The notes beneath the pieces were generated by a model. That model was not told the DNA's origin. It did not search any database and saw nothing but the letters and a program-made list of their open reading frames with translations. Below are positions 8,411 to 18,149 of a stretch of DNA of 64,000 bases, piece after piece. The position numbers and the translations under genes were made by a program. Location of the stretch: positions 5,895 through 69,894 of the forward strand of contig JAHFLO010000001.1 in assembly GCA_023244855.1 (NCBI GenBank), given 5' to 3'. The stretch is from Candidatus Harrisonbacteria bacterium. GTDB taxonomy: Bacteria; Patescibacteriota; Minisyncoccia; UBA6257; UBA11618. Each line of letters begins with the position of its first letter. Within the stretch, counting starts at the first letter, position 1.

Positions 8411-8989
8411 ATGTCTTGGATCCACGTCCCGCAACAGGCCCTCAAGGTGCAAATCCGCTGGTTGATTCGCCGCGACATGCCGGAGGTTTTGGATATCGAA
8501 CGCCAGTCGTTCGAGTTCTCGTGGACCGAAGAAGATTTTCTGTGCTGTTTGCGCCAGCGAAATTGCATCGGCATGGTTGCCGAATACAACCACCGCATCG
8601 TGGGCTTCATGATCTATGAACTGCACAAGGCAAAGCTCCACGTCATAAACTTCGCCGTCGATCCGGAATTCCGTCGGCAGGCCATTGCAACACAAATGAT
8701 TGAAAAATTGGTGGATAAACTCAGCCAGCAACGCCGGCAGGAAATTGTACTCGAACTGCGCGAGTCGAACCTTCAAGCCCAGCTTTTCTTCAAACGCATG
8801 GACTTCAAGGCAGTGCTTGTACTCCGTAGCCACTACGACGACACGGACGAAGACTGCTATGTCATGCGCTTCGGCTTAGAGGAAGATCATCGGCCGGCAT
8901 TCCTGCCATTTCAAGTACCCTACTGCCCCATGCAATCCGCGCACGAATTCGCAGAATGCAACCGCATTAGCGAATACGACGCCGCTTAA
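8411..8989 (+). CDS. rimI: GNAT N-acetyltransferase, RimI-like
   Basis: IRWLIRRDMPEVLDIERQSFEFSW, NFAVDPEFRRQAIA, LELRESNLQAQLFF, HYDDTDEDCYVM; SD AAGGAG. Confidence 0.88.
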   Translation: MSWIHVPQQALKVQIRWLIRRDMPEVLDIERQSFEFSWTEEDFLCCLRQRNCIGMVAEYNHRIVGFMIYELHKAKLHVINFAVDPEFRRQAIATQMIEKLVDKLSQQRRQEIVLELRESNLQAQLFFKRMDFKAVLVLRSHYDDTDEDCYVMRFGLEEDHRPAFLPFQVPYCPMQSAHEFAECNRISEYDAA

Positions 8990-9069
8990 CGAGCGAGACA
9001 GAAAACCCGAGCCGTACCGGACACTTGTCCGCCGTACGGCTTTTTTGATATACTAGGCGCAGAAAACCA

Positions 9070-9140
9070 GCCCCTATAGCTTAATGGTAAAGCACTCGCC
9101 TCTTAAGCGATTGACCATGGTCCGATTCCATGTGGGGGCA
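9070..9140 (+). tRNA. tRNA-Lys(CTT)
   Basis: GCCCCTATAGCTTAATGGTAAAGCACTCGC-CTCTTAA-GCGATTGACCATGGTCCGATTCCATGTGGGGGCA; T-loop reads TCCGATT. Confidence 0.85.
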
Positions 9141-9142
9141 CA

Positions 9143-11272
9143 ATGCTAACGCTCAACACCGAGCTTGCGCACATACAGGGTATTAACAAGCGCCTTCAGG
9201 ACGGCCTGAAAAAACTCGGCCTTATTACCGTCCGCGACTTAGTGCTCCACCTGCCGAACCGCTACGACGATTTTTCGAACGCGGCGACGATTGCCGACCT
9301 CGCCGTCGGCCAGATCGCGAGCGTGCGCGCCCGCGTGGCCAAAATAGAAATGCGCCGATCCTTCCGCCGCAATATGGCAATAGTCGAAGCCGTACTTGAA
9401 GACCGTACCGGCTCCGTGCGCGCCGTATGGTTTAACCAGCCGTATATCCTCCGCTCCCTGCCAGTCGGCACCGTTGGCAACTTCGCCGGCAAGGCGACCG
9501 TTTCGCAGGGCGCACTCTATTTATCGAACCCTGTCTACGAACCGGCGTATGCGGAAACGAAGCACACCGAAGGCCTCGTGCCTATTTATCCCGAAACAAA
9601 AGGTATGACGAGCCGCGGCATCCGCTACCTTATGCGCCCCATACTCGACGCGTTGAAAGACGTTCCCGAATGCGTGCCGCATGACGTTTGCAAAAAACTT
9701 GACCTTCCGTCCTTCCTCGAAGCGCTTCGCATGGTACATATGCCGCAATCAGCGGAAGCGGCGGAGCCTGCTAAAAAACGCATCGCGCTCGAAGACCTGT
9801 TTTTACTACAGCTCACGAACCTGCAGGCGAAAATGAAGTTGGCGCAAGAACCGGCGCACCCCGTGCCATGGACGGATGCGGAACGCGACGCATTACTCGC
9901 GGAACTCCCCTTCGCCCTTACGGGGTCGCAACGAAGCTCGCTCGACGAAATTCTCGCGGATATACAGCGCCCGCACCCCATGAACCGCTTATTACAAGGC
10001 GACGTCGGCTCAGGCAAAACGGTCGTTATAGCGGTCGCCGCGCTTTTAGCCGCGCGGCACGGGTTTCAAACCGCTATCCTCGCCCCTACCGAAACTCTCG
10101 CCCGCCAGCATTACCGCACGTTCGAAAAGATTTTCAATCGAGCGGTGCACGACTGGAGCCTTAACTTCGCCCTCATGACTTCCGCGGAGTGCCGCGCCTC
10201 GTACGGCGAAGGCCTCGAAACGGACTTACCAAAGGCGCGCGTCGCATCTCGCATTAAGGACGGGCATTTAAAGATCGTCATCGGCACCCATGCTTTGCTG
10301 CAAAAGGGCGTTACCTTCCCCCGCCTCGCGCTCGTGGCTGTGGACGAACAGCACCGCTTCGGCGTAGAGCAACGCGCCGCGCTTACGAAGAGCGCAGGGC
10401 ATGGCGCGCGTGCGCTACCCCATTTTCTTTCCATGAGCGCCACCCCGATCCCCCGCACGCTCTCTCTCACCATCTTTGGCGACTTGGACCTTTCGATAAT
10501 CGACGAACTGCCGAGCGGCCGGAAGCCGATCATAACAAAAGTCGTCGCATCGACTGACCGGCCGAAGGCGCACGCCTTTATTCGGCAAGAAATAAAAAAA
10601 GGGCGGCAAGCGTTCGTAATTTGCCCGCGCATCGAGGAAAGCGAAGATTCAGACGATGCTACCGCAATCCCCAATGCATGGAGTGACGTAAAAGCCGTCA
10701 CGCAGGAATACGAAAAGCTGGCGAAGGAAATATTCCCCGACCTCAAGGTCGCCATGCTTCACGGCAAAATGAAAAGCGCTGAAAAAGCCGCGGTGATGGA
10801 CGCCTTCGCGAAAAACAAAACGAACATCTTGGTGGCAACGTCCGTGATCGAAGTGGGCGTGGACGTGCCGAACGCGACGATCATGGCGATAGAAGATGCG
10901 GATCGTTTCGGCCTCGCCCAGCTCTACCAATTCCGCGGGCGCGTAGGCCGTTCCAGCCACCAATCAGCATGCCTCTTATTTACTGCGAACAAGTCAGCGG
11001 TTTCGCGCGAACGGCTAAAGGCCCTTACGACCGCAAAGAACGGTTTTGAATTAGCGGAAAAAGATTTGGCGATGCGCGGCCCCGGCGAATTCTTGGGCCG
11101 CACGCAAACAGGTATGCCGGACATTGCCATGAACGCCTTAAACGATATGGAACTCGTGAAGGCCGCGCGCACGGCAGCAAGCGACGTATTGAAAAAAGAT
11201 AAAGACCTAAAACAAAACCCCCATCTTGAAGAGCGGCTTAACGCATTCCGAAAGGCTGTTCATCTCGAGTAA
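9143..11272 (+). CDS. recG: ATP-dependent DNA helicase RecG
   Basis: MNRLLQGDVGSGKT, VDEQHRFGV, MSATPIPRTL, QFRGRVGR, DLAMRGPGE. Confidence 0.97.
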   Translation: MLTLNTELAHIQGINKRLQDGLKKLGLITVRDLVLHLPNRYDDFSNAATIADLAVGQIASVRARVAKIEMRRSFRRNMAIVEAVLEDRTGSVRAVWFNQPYILRSLPVGTVGNFAGKATVSQGALYLSNPVYEPAYAETKHTEGLVPIYPETKGMTSRGIRYLMRPILDALKDVPECVPHDVCKKLDLPSFLEALRMVHMPQSAEAAEPAKKRIALEDLFLLQLTNLQAKMKLAQEPAHPVPWTDAERDALLAELPFALTGSQRSSLDEILADIQRPHPMNRLLQGDVGSGKTVVIAVAALLAARHGFQTAILAPTETLARQHYRTFEKIFNRAVHDWSLNFALMTSAECRASYGEGLETDLPKARVASRIKDGHLKIVIGTHALLQKGVTFPRLALVAVDEQHRFGVEQRAALTKSAGHGARALPHFLSMSATPIPRTLSLTIFGDLDLSIIDELPSGRKPIITKVVASTDRPKAHAFIRQEIKKGRQAFVICPRIEESEDSDDATAIPNAWSDVKAVTQEYEKLAKEIFPDLKVAMLHGKMKSAEKAAVMDAFAKNKTNILVATSVIEVGVDVPNATIMAIEDADRFGLAQLYQFRGRVGRSSHQSACLLFTANKSAVSRERLKALTTAKNGFELAEKDLAMRGPGEFLGRTQTGMPDIAMNALNDMELVKAARTAASDVLKKDKDLKQNPHLEERLNAFRKAVHLE

Positions 11273-11284
11273 CGGAATACCCAC

Positions 11285-11309
11285 AAAAAAACCGCCGAAG
11301 CGGTTTTTT
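11285..11309. terminator. Bidirectional terminator between recG and the DoxX gene
   Basis: aaaaaaaccgc-cgaa-gcggtttttt. Confidence 0.7.
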
Positions 11310-11326
11310 CGTTATTACTAAATCTA

Positions 11327-11710
11327 CTAATAGTAATACCCGCCGGTCATCGAATACGCGCCCGAATCCAAGAGCGTTATAACGACCATCGTCGCGAGCA
11401 ACAGGAGGTCGAGCTCATAGCCGCCTACCAAGCCCTGCCCTTTGCCGAGCTTCCAGAAGAGCGCCACGAGCATAACGATCGCAAGGGCGAATGCCGCCGG
11501 CTGCGCGAGGAAGCCAAGAATAAGGGCAATGCCGCCAATAAACTCAACAAGCGCTACCGCCGTGCCCCATACGTGCCCCGGCTTAAAGCCCATGGACTCG
11601 AAGTGCTGCGCCGTCATCTTCATCCCCCTTACCTTCGGCCATCCGTGCGCGATAAAAATAAAACCGGCCGCGAGGCGGAGAACGAGCATGCTGATGTCAA
11701 AATCCATCAT
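11327..11710 (-). CDS. DoxX family membrane protein
   Basis: LRLAAGFIFIAHGWPK...EFIGGIALILG...GGYELDLLL. Confidence 0.88.
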   Translation of the reverse strand: MMDFDISMLVLRLAAGFIFIAHGWPKVRGMKMTAQHFESMGFKPGHVWGTAVALVEFIGGIALILGFLAQPAAFALAIVMLVALFWKLGKGQGLVGGYELDLLLLATMVVITLLDSGAYSMTGGYYY

Positions 11711-11845
11711 ATAAATTTGAATGTAATGTGTAACTGACGACCTTTTAAATCTTCTACTAATTGTAGCACACGTGATTATCCACAGTGCCGTCCGCAATAC
11801 CCCATCTTGCCGTAACGACAAAAAATAGGCATACTGGAACGCATC

Positions 11846-11917
11846 GCTCTCATCGTCTAACGGCTAGGACGTGCCCCTTTCACGGGCAAAATCGGAGTTC
11901 GATTCTCCGTGGGAGCA
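11846..11917 (+). tRNA. tRNA-Glu(TTC)
   Basis: GCTCTCATCGTCTAACGGCTAGGACGTGCCC-CTTTCAC-GGGCAAAATCGGAGTTCGATTCTCCGTGGGAGCA. Confidence 0.93.
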
Positions 11918-12047
11918 CAAAAACAATAACCCCAAACAGGGGTTATTGTTTTTGTGCGACGAAGGAGGTTTTGCGATTTATCCCGAGCTTAAGCGAGGTT
12001 AAAATCGCAAAATTTCGTCAGAGGGAAACGAAGTGACGATGACGATC
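11915..12047 (+). repeat. tRNA-trailing structured element (family B, antisense arm absent)
   Basis: Hairpin 11915-11957, then stem TTTTGCGATTT/AAATCGCAAAA around ATCCCGAGCTTAAGCGAGGTT, then AGAGGGAAACGAAGTGACGATGACGATC. Confidence 0.7.
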
Positions 12048-12166
12048 ATTTTTATCAACGATCGATGCCATGCATCGAGCCAGACACCAAGACTTTACTT
12101 TTTAATAAAAAGACGTATAATATCCCGCAGACCTTACCCATACAACCCTTTTGCACGAGGTATACC

Positions 12167-12625
12167 ATGCTCCGCATCGTTTACGTTTTTACGGACATCT
12201 ACCTGAGCCTCATTGGCGAAAGACGGCTCAACGAATTTCCACTCGGACTGCGCACCATGTGCGAACGAGCCTTCACCCTGACGAACGACTCGCTCGTAAA
12301 TCCCCACACACTCGTCTTCGGCAAGGAGCCTGATCCGGAGCTGCGCGCAAAAAACGGCGTCATGCAATGCGCCGGCAGAAACCAGCTAATCAAAGACTTG
12401 GGATCGGAAGACCTGACGAACGCATGGGCATCGTTTCTCCTATGGCACGATTGGTGGTCGGCTCCGCACTGGACAAACCGCGCCACGGACGACGGCGACT
12501 ACTTTGCCCAATGTACCGACTGCGGCAAAACGACAGAGGGTAAGACATGGCCTGAAAAATGCTCGAATGGCGATTGTCCATCCCACATGAACTGGCACAC
12601 CGTAAACGGCGTCGGGGCATCGTAA
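12167..12625 (+). CDS. Hypothetical protein with C-terminal zinc-ribbon (CTDC...CSNGDC)
   Basis: SD GAGG before ATG 12167; CxxC and CxxxxC pair; terminator-like hairpin after the stop. Confidence 0.65.
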   Translation: MLRIVYVFTDIYLSLIGERRLNEFPLGLRTMCERAFTLTNDSLVNPHTLVFGKEPDPELRAKNGVMQCAGRNQLIKDLGSEDLTNAWASFLLWHDWWSAPHWTNRATDDGDYFAQCTDCGKTTEGKTWPEKCSNGDCPSHMNWHTVNGVGAS

Positions 12626-12781
12626 CAACAACCCGAAAACCAAGGCTCGACCAGCATCCACGATGCAGGCCGGGCCTTTTCCATACCAATCAACCGCTAT
12701 TGACAAAACGCCCGTAAGGGACTATACTAATAACAATGAAAATCCCGCTCAAAAGCGGGGTTTTTGTTGCATAAACCCCAC

Positions 12782-13195
12782 ATGAATACATTCATTTTCG
12801 CACTTGCACTAATGAACAGCGTTTCGACTCCTTTAGGGTCCACGGCGGCAACCGCCCCCCTAAAGGCCACTGAACCCGTAAAAATGACGGTTATCGCAAC
12901 AGCATACACTCCCCGCCCGGAGGAAACGGACTCGACCCCGTGGCTTACGGCAGCAGGCACAAAAACGCGCGAAGGCATCATAGCCGCTAACTGGCTGCCC
13001 TTCGGCACCAAGGTAAAAATCGACGGCAAAGTATATACGGTAGAAGACCGTATGAATAAGCGTTACACGGCGGCCTTCCCCCAACACATCGACATCGTCT
13101 TCCTTTCGTACGAAAAGGCGAAAAAGTTTGGTAGGCAGAAAATAGAAATAGAAATCTTGGCGGAAGAAACGAATCCCCTCGGTATAGTTTCTTAA
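12782..13195 (+). CDS. 3D-domain (MltA-like) secreted cell-wall protein
   Basis: ATAYT...TDSTP..TAAG, IAANWLPFGTKV, VEDRMN, HIDI. Confidence 0.88.
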   Translation: MNTFIFALALMNSVSTPLGSTAATAPLKATEPVKMTVIATAYTPRPEETDSTPWLTAAGTKTREGIIAANWLPFGTKVKIDGKVYTVEDRMNKRYTAAFPQHIDIVFLSYEKAKKFGRQKIEIEILAEETNPLGIVS

Positions 13196-13204
13196 AGAAA
13201 TTTG

Positions 13205-13900
13205 CTAACCCGCTAACCCACTTACGAAGCCTTCCTCTATGGAAGGCTTTTTAAGTTCTTCGAAATCGCGGAGTACTGCAAAAGCAAGAAGTATCAAAAG
13301 CCCTGTGACGCGGAGCGACGGCCCCCATGCGACCATGAGGTAGTTGAAGATAGTATGGAAAACGGAAGCGATGAGAATGCCATACACAACGAACGTGCGA
13401 ACCTTATGCCGCACGATCCCCCGCGACCAGTAGTAGCCGACGAGCCCTGAAGCAAGCGCATGCAACAGCGTCGCACCGATAAACCGAAGCGTAAGAAGCT
13501 CAGGCGCGGACGTAGCGCGTAACACCGTGGCAACATTTTCTACCGTCGCGAAGCCTAAAGAAGCGACGACCATGTATACCATCGCGTCTATCGGCTCATC
13601 GAATTCCTTGCGGCCGGATATCCAGAAGTACACTGCGGCGAATTTAAGCACCTCCTCAACGGCCGCAAGTGCGAAGACGTGCAAAACGTTCCCGCTCATC
13701 ACACCACCCGCAAGCAAAAAATATTTTGCCGCAATCTGCAGCGGTAAAACCACAAACGTCGCCGCCCCGCCCCAGAAAAAAGTCGATGCGATAAGGCGCT
13801 TTGGCTCCGCGCGCTTGGAATCCTCCTGTAAGAAAAAGAACAGCCAAAAAATCCCCGGCAAGAATCCGAGGCTGCCGTACAAGATGTACGAAAAATCCAT
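13205..13900 (-). CDS. prsW: PrsW family intramembrane metalloprotease
   Basis: EP, AAVEEVLKF, LGFATVEN, HALASG, FHTIFN. Confidence 0.9.
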   Translation of the reverse strand: MDFSYILYGSLGFLPGIFWLFFFLQEDSKRAEPKRLIASTFFWGGAATFVVLPLQIAAKYFLLAGGVMSGNVLHVFALAAVEEVLKFAAVYFWISGRKEFDEPIDAMVYMVVASLGFATVENVATVLRATSAPELLTLRFIGATLLHALASGLVGYYWSRGIVRHKVRTFVVYGILIASVFHTIFNYLMVAWGPSLRVTGLLILLAFAVLRDFEELKKPSIEEGFVSGLAG

Positions 13901-13924
13901 TATCTAACTATAGCACACGCACCA

Positions 13925-16090
13925 CTACCACTCCGCGACCATCAAAAGCGATTTTTCTTTATTAGGTAGCTCCTGCCAAACCGACTCGGTAACAAACGGC
14001 ATAAAAGGATGCAATAACTTTAAAGACCCTATAAGCAATGCATAGAGCACCGCATCCGTCTCGCTCGAAGGGCTATTTTTAGCCTCCTCGATATAGACGT
14101 CGCAATAGTCGTGCCAGAAGAAATCGTACAAGGCGTGGAGTGCCTGCCCGAACTCGTATACGGTGAGATGCGCCTCGACGGCTTTCTTCGTTTCGTCCGC
14201 CCGGCCGAGCACGAGAACGTCCGCTGCGCTCGCCTTACTCATATCAATCTGCACCGAAGGTGCTGTACCGACCCTACCCATTACGAACCGCGCGGCGTTA
14301 TATATTTTATTGGCAAACTTCCGCCCCGCGACAACGGCCGCTTCGTCGAAGCGGATGTCTTGCGTACCCATCGCCTGCCACACGATGCCGAACCGCGTTG
14401 CGTCCGCCCCATATTTTTCTACAAGCGTTAAGGGGTCAATACCTGTACCGAGGGACTTCGACATACGTTTACCATCTTTCGTAAGCACCGTTCCGTGGAT
14501 GAATACGTCCTTGAACGGAACCCCCTTCATAAACTCAAGGCCAGAGAAAACCATACGCCCCACCCAGAGGTTAATAATATCGCGCGCCGTAATAAGCACC
14601 TGCGACGGATAGAACCGTTTGATATCGCCGTGAGATAATCCCGCGAACGGCCATAATGCCGACGAAAACCATGTGTCGCACACATCCTCCGTCTGTTCCA
14701 TGGAACATTGCCTGCAAATAGGGCATATCTCGGGCTTCTCTTTTACCACAACATAGTTTCTCTCAACCCAATCTGTCGCACTACCGAAAACTCTCTGTTC
14801 AACGGGATTCCCTTTGCAAAACCAAACTGGCAAGCGGTGCCCCCACCATAACTGACGCGACACACACCAGTCGCGCGTGTTTTCGAGCCACGCCTTGTAG
14901 GGCGCCGCGAAGTTCTGCGGCACGATATTCGTCTCCCCTTTTTCTAAGGCACCGAGCGTCGCCTTCGCAAGCCGCTCCATTTTTAAAAACCATTGCCGCG
15001 AGGGCAACGGCTCGATAGCCGTACTGCACCGCGAACACACCGCTAAGTTACGGGTATATTTTTCTTCACGCTCTACGAGCCCCGCAGTACGGAGCTCCGC
15101 AACTACCTTCTCCCGCGCTTCGCTGGCTTTAAGCCCATCGAACCGGCCAGCGTTCATCATCTTGCCGCGTGCATCGATTACTTGGAGCATGGGGAGCTTA
15201 TGCCGCTCGCCTATTTCGAAATCCGCAATGTCGTGCGCAGGCGTAACTTTGATAATGCCGGTGCCAAATACCATGTCTGCCGCCTCGTCCCCTACTACGG
15301 GTAAACGTACTGTCACCGTCTTCCCCTCTTCCGCTGTATCAAGCGTCGTAATTTCGACTTCCGTGCCGATGTATTTTTTATAACGCTCGTCGGCTGGGTT
15401 CACCGCGAGCGCCGTGTCGCCAAACTTCGTCTCGGGTCGCGAAGTTGCTACGGTAAACGGCCCATACTTTAAGTAATATAAAACTCCCTCTTCCTCCTTA
15501 TAATCCACCTCCAAATCCGATATGCCCGTAGCGCACCGCGTACACCAGTTAATAGTGCGGTACGCACGGTAGAGCAGGTCTTGCTTGTGATAATGCACAA
15601 AGGCATCCGCCACCGCCTCCGCATACGCAGGGTCGAGCGTAAAACGCGTGCGCGAAATATCAAACGAAGCACCCATGGTTTTAAACTGCCCCATGATGAT
15701 GTCACCGTACTTCTGCTTCCATTCCCATACGCGCGCCATGAAAGCTTCGCGGCCCAGCTTATGGCGGGTGGTATCTTCTTTCTTTAATTCCTTCTCCACC
15801 ACGTTTTGCGCGGCGATTCCGGCATGATCCGTCCCTGGGAACCATACGGTGTCGAATCCTTTCATGCGGTGGTAACGGATTAAGATATCCGTCACCGCGG
15901 CGTTCAGGGCATGCCCCATGTGCAAATTACCCGTGATATTTGGGAGCGGCAAAAAAACCGCAAACGGCTTTCCGCTCTTCTTCGGCAGGTTATCAGGATT
16001 AAAAAAACCCGACTCCTCCCACAAGGCATACATCCGCGGCTCCGCCTCCTTTGCGTCGTACGGCTTCTTTTCTATTTTTTCGCCCTCCAT
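13925..16090 (-). CDS. valS: Valyl-tRNA synthetase (lacks C-terminal coiled coil)
   Basis: PNITGNLHMGH, GTDHAGIA, DWCVSRQLWWGH, DTWFSS, RMSKS. Confidence 0.96.
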   Translation of the reverse strand: MEGEKIEKKPYDAKEAEPRMYALWEESGFFNPDNLPKKSGKPFAVFLPLPNITGNLHMGHALNAAVTDILIRYHRMKGFDTVWFPGTDHAGIAAQNVVEKELKKEDTTRHKLGREAFMARVWEWKQKYGDIIMGQFKTMGASFDISRTRFTLDPAYAEAVADAFVHYHKQDLLYRAYRTINWCTRCATGISDLEVDYKEEEGVLYYLKYGPFTVATSRPETKFGDTALAVNPADERYKKYIGTEVEITTLDTAEEGKTVTVRLPVVGDEAADMVFGTGIIKVTPAHDIADFEIGERHKLPMLQVIDARGKMMNAGRFDGLKASEAREKVVAELRTAGLVEREEKYTRNLAVCSRCSTAIEPLPSRQWFLKMERLAKATLGALEKGETNIVPQNFAAPYKAWLENTRDWCVSRQLWWGHRLPVWFCKGNPVEQRVFGSATDWVERNYVVVKEKPEICPICRQCSMEQTEDVCDTWFSSALWPFAGLSHGDIKRFYPSQVLITARDIINLWVGRMVFSGLEFMKGVPFKDVFIHGTVLTKDGKRMSKSLGTGIDPLTLVEKYGADATRFGIVWQAMGTQDIRFDEAAVVAGRKFANKIYNAARFVMGRVGTAPSVQIDMSKASAADVLVLGRADETKKAVEAHLTVYEFGQALHALYDFFWHDYCDVYIEEAKNSPSSETDAVLYALLIGSLKLLHPFMPFVTESVWQELPNKEKSLLMVAEW

Positions 16091-16108
16091 AATCCCCAGA
16101 AGTCTATT

Positions 16109-17119
16109 TTAAATATTCAAATTGGGCAACGCCTTTTCCGTAGGGATACCAGCGCTTAAGTATGAGGCGGCGGCGATCATCACGGCGTTGTCGCCGTTGT
16201 ACTGCATCGCGGGAGCGAAGAATTCCATACCAGCGTCTTCTGCGCGTTTTTTGAGTTCTACGGACAAGGCTGCATTCGACGCCACTCCCCCGCACACTAA
16301 TACCGATTGCGTGCCATTTTCTTCCGCCGCGCGCATGGTTTTCGTTACGAGCACGTCTATCGCCGCTTTTTGGAACGAAGCGCAAACGTCGGGAACAGAT
16401 GCATCCGGATGCGCCTTCGTATGATATAAAACCGAAGTCTTTAATCCTGAGAAGCTGAAATTAAAATCGCCGGAGTGAAGCATAGGGCGCGGGAAGGCTA
16501 TAGCATCGGGATTACCTTCACGCGCTAATTTTTCTACTTCCGGCCCGCCGGGGTACGGAAGCCCCAACATCTTCGCTACTTTATCGAACGCTTCGCCTAC
16601 CGCGTCATCCTGCGTTTCGCCGAGCTTGCGCCACGATTGCATCGAATCCATTACGACAAGCGCCGTATGCCCACCGCTCACAAGAAGCACGACTGCGGGG
16701 AATTGTATTTTTTTCGCCAACTCCACGTCTAACCAATTGGAATACATATGGCCCTCGAGGTGGTTCACGCCAACTACCGGCACGCCCAATTTTTCTCCCA
16801 AGTCTTTCGCGAAATTAATACCCGTCCATAATGCAGGCTCAAGGCCGGGGCCGACGGTGACGGCAATACGGTCGAACTTCGCTTCGCACCCCGCGACTTT
16901 CAATTGTTCTAAAACTTCCGCATATGCGAGCGGCAAATTCAAAAGATGCTCACGTTTAGCTAAAGACGGCACCACTCCCCCGAACGGGCGGTGCGTGGCA
17001 ATCTGCGTAGCGACCACGTGCGCGCGCACGGAAAAAACTGGCGCTTCGGCGCCGCCGGAACAAACGACCACGGCAATTGCCGTTTCATCGCAACTCGTTT
17101 CTATGGAAAGTATGCGCAT
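16109..17119 (-). CDS. tsaD: tRNA t6A synthesis protein TsaD
   Basis: MRILSIETSCDET, GGVVP, NHLEGH, LVSGGHT, DDAVGEAFDK, DNAVMIA. Confidence 0.96.
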   Translation of the reverse strand: MRILSIETSCDETAIAVVVCSGGAEAPVFSVRAHVVATQIATHRPFGGVVPSLAKREHLLNLPLAYAEVLEQLKVAGCEAKFDRIAVTVGPGLEPALWTGINFAKDLGEKLGVPVVGVNHLEGHMYSNWLDVELAKKIQFPAVVLLVSGGHTALVVMDSMQSWRKLGETQDDAVGEAFDKVAKMLGLPYPGGPEVEKLAREGNPDAIAFPRPMLHSGDFNFSFSGLKTSVLYHTKAHPDASVPDVCASFQKAAIDVLVTKTMRAAEENGTQSVLVCGGVASNAALSVELKKRAEDAGMEFFAPAMQYNGDNAVMIAAASYLSAGIPTEKALPNLNI

Positions 17120-17726
17120 GATTAAAAAACTATAATGCCACGGAATAAATAATAACGGAAGATGAATCGTCCTCGTAGAAAGAACTTCCTTATTGCTTCG
17201 CTTCCCTCGGAAGAAATTTTGCAATTTCAACCTCGTAAACTCGGGATGAATTGCAAAACCTCCTCCGGACGTGATTCAAAAACTCTAACCTCGCTATGCT
17301 CGGGAGATTTTTTTCATCAAAAAAATACGGCGAGTCGCCCCAAACACTATGGGACGACTCGCCTGCGTAACATTTCGAATCTCGCGATCACTTGCCGCCG
17401 GAAGATGAACCAAAAGGATCACCTCCACGAGGCTTGGTTGTGGTCTCACCGGGAGGGCGTGGACCGCCAAGCGCCGAGGGGAAAATCTTTTCGTCATTCT
17501 TCCTGACGACGGACAATCGATCGCATAGCGCAAAGAGATTCATGCTCAATTCCTTTTCCATCCAAGAAAACGAAACGTGATTTCAGAAACGAGACGTGAA
17601 AATCTGACGAGTCCCGCGCGGACAACTACTCCATTTCTCTGCGTCGGGGTTAGAGAACGTTAAAGAGCTGGAACGCATAACCACCATACCCCTTGCGGCG
17701 ACGGCGTGTCAAACGAAGAAAATCGC

Positions 17727-18149
17727 TCAGTAATACAGCGATCGGTCAATCGGAATATCGAGGCTCGTCATATTCCCAACCGCCGTCTTAAACGTACCAA
17801 CACCGCCGTTTTCGATAGGCAGTACTTCGTAACGGCTTTTATCCAGCTCGCACGAAGCGAGACACATGACGATACGCGCCTTTTGCTTGTTCCCGCTCCT
17901 GAAGCGGAGGAAAACAAAAGGATCTTCTTCGCCGATAGGCTTGCCCGTAAAAACGCACATCAGGGTTCCCGCATCCGGAAACTTAACACCCACCAATTGC
18001 CTATGCTCGACCCATTTACCGATCCGCTTAATCGTAGTGCTACTAGCACGGATAGTGCTCGCAGTCGGATTCGACTCTACGCCGAGCCCGATTTCATGAG
18101 AGGTAGGAACGAAGCCGGTCGCTAATTCACCACGACGATCCTTAAACAT
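17727..18149 (-). CDS. Hypothetical protein
   Basis: 140-aa ORF with SD GGAGG and a TTGACA promoter upstream (about 18225). Confidence 0.6.
   Translation of the reverse strand: MFKDRRGELATGFVPTSHEIGLGVESNPTASTIRASSTTIKRIGKWVEHRQLVGVKFPDAGTLMCVFTGKPIGEEDPFVFLRFRSGNKQKARIVMCLASCELDKSRYEVLPIENGGVGTFKTAVGNMTSLDIPIDRSLYY

Noticed and set aside
17162..17580. Short ORFs on both strands upstream of tsaD
   Set aside because: No recognisable motifs and no consistent start signal; at most a decayed gene.
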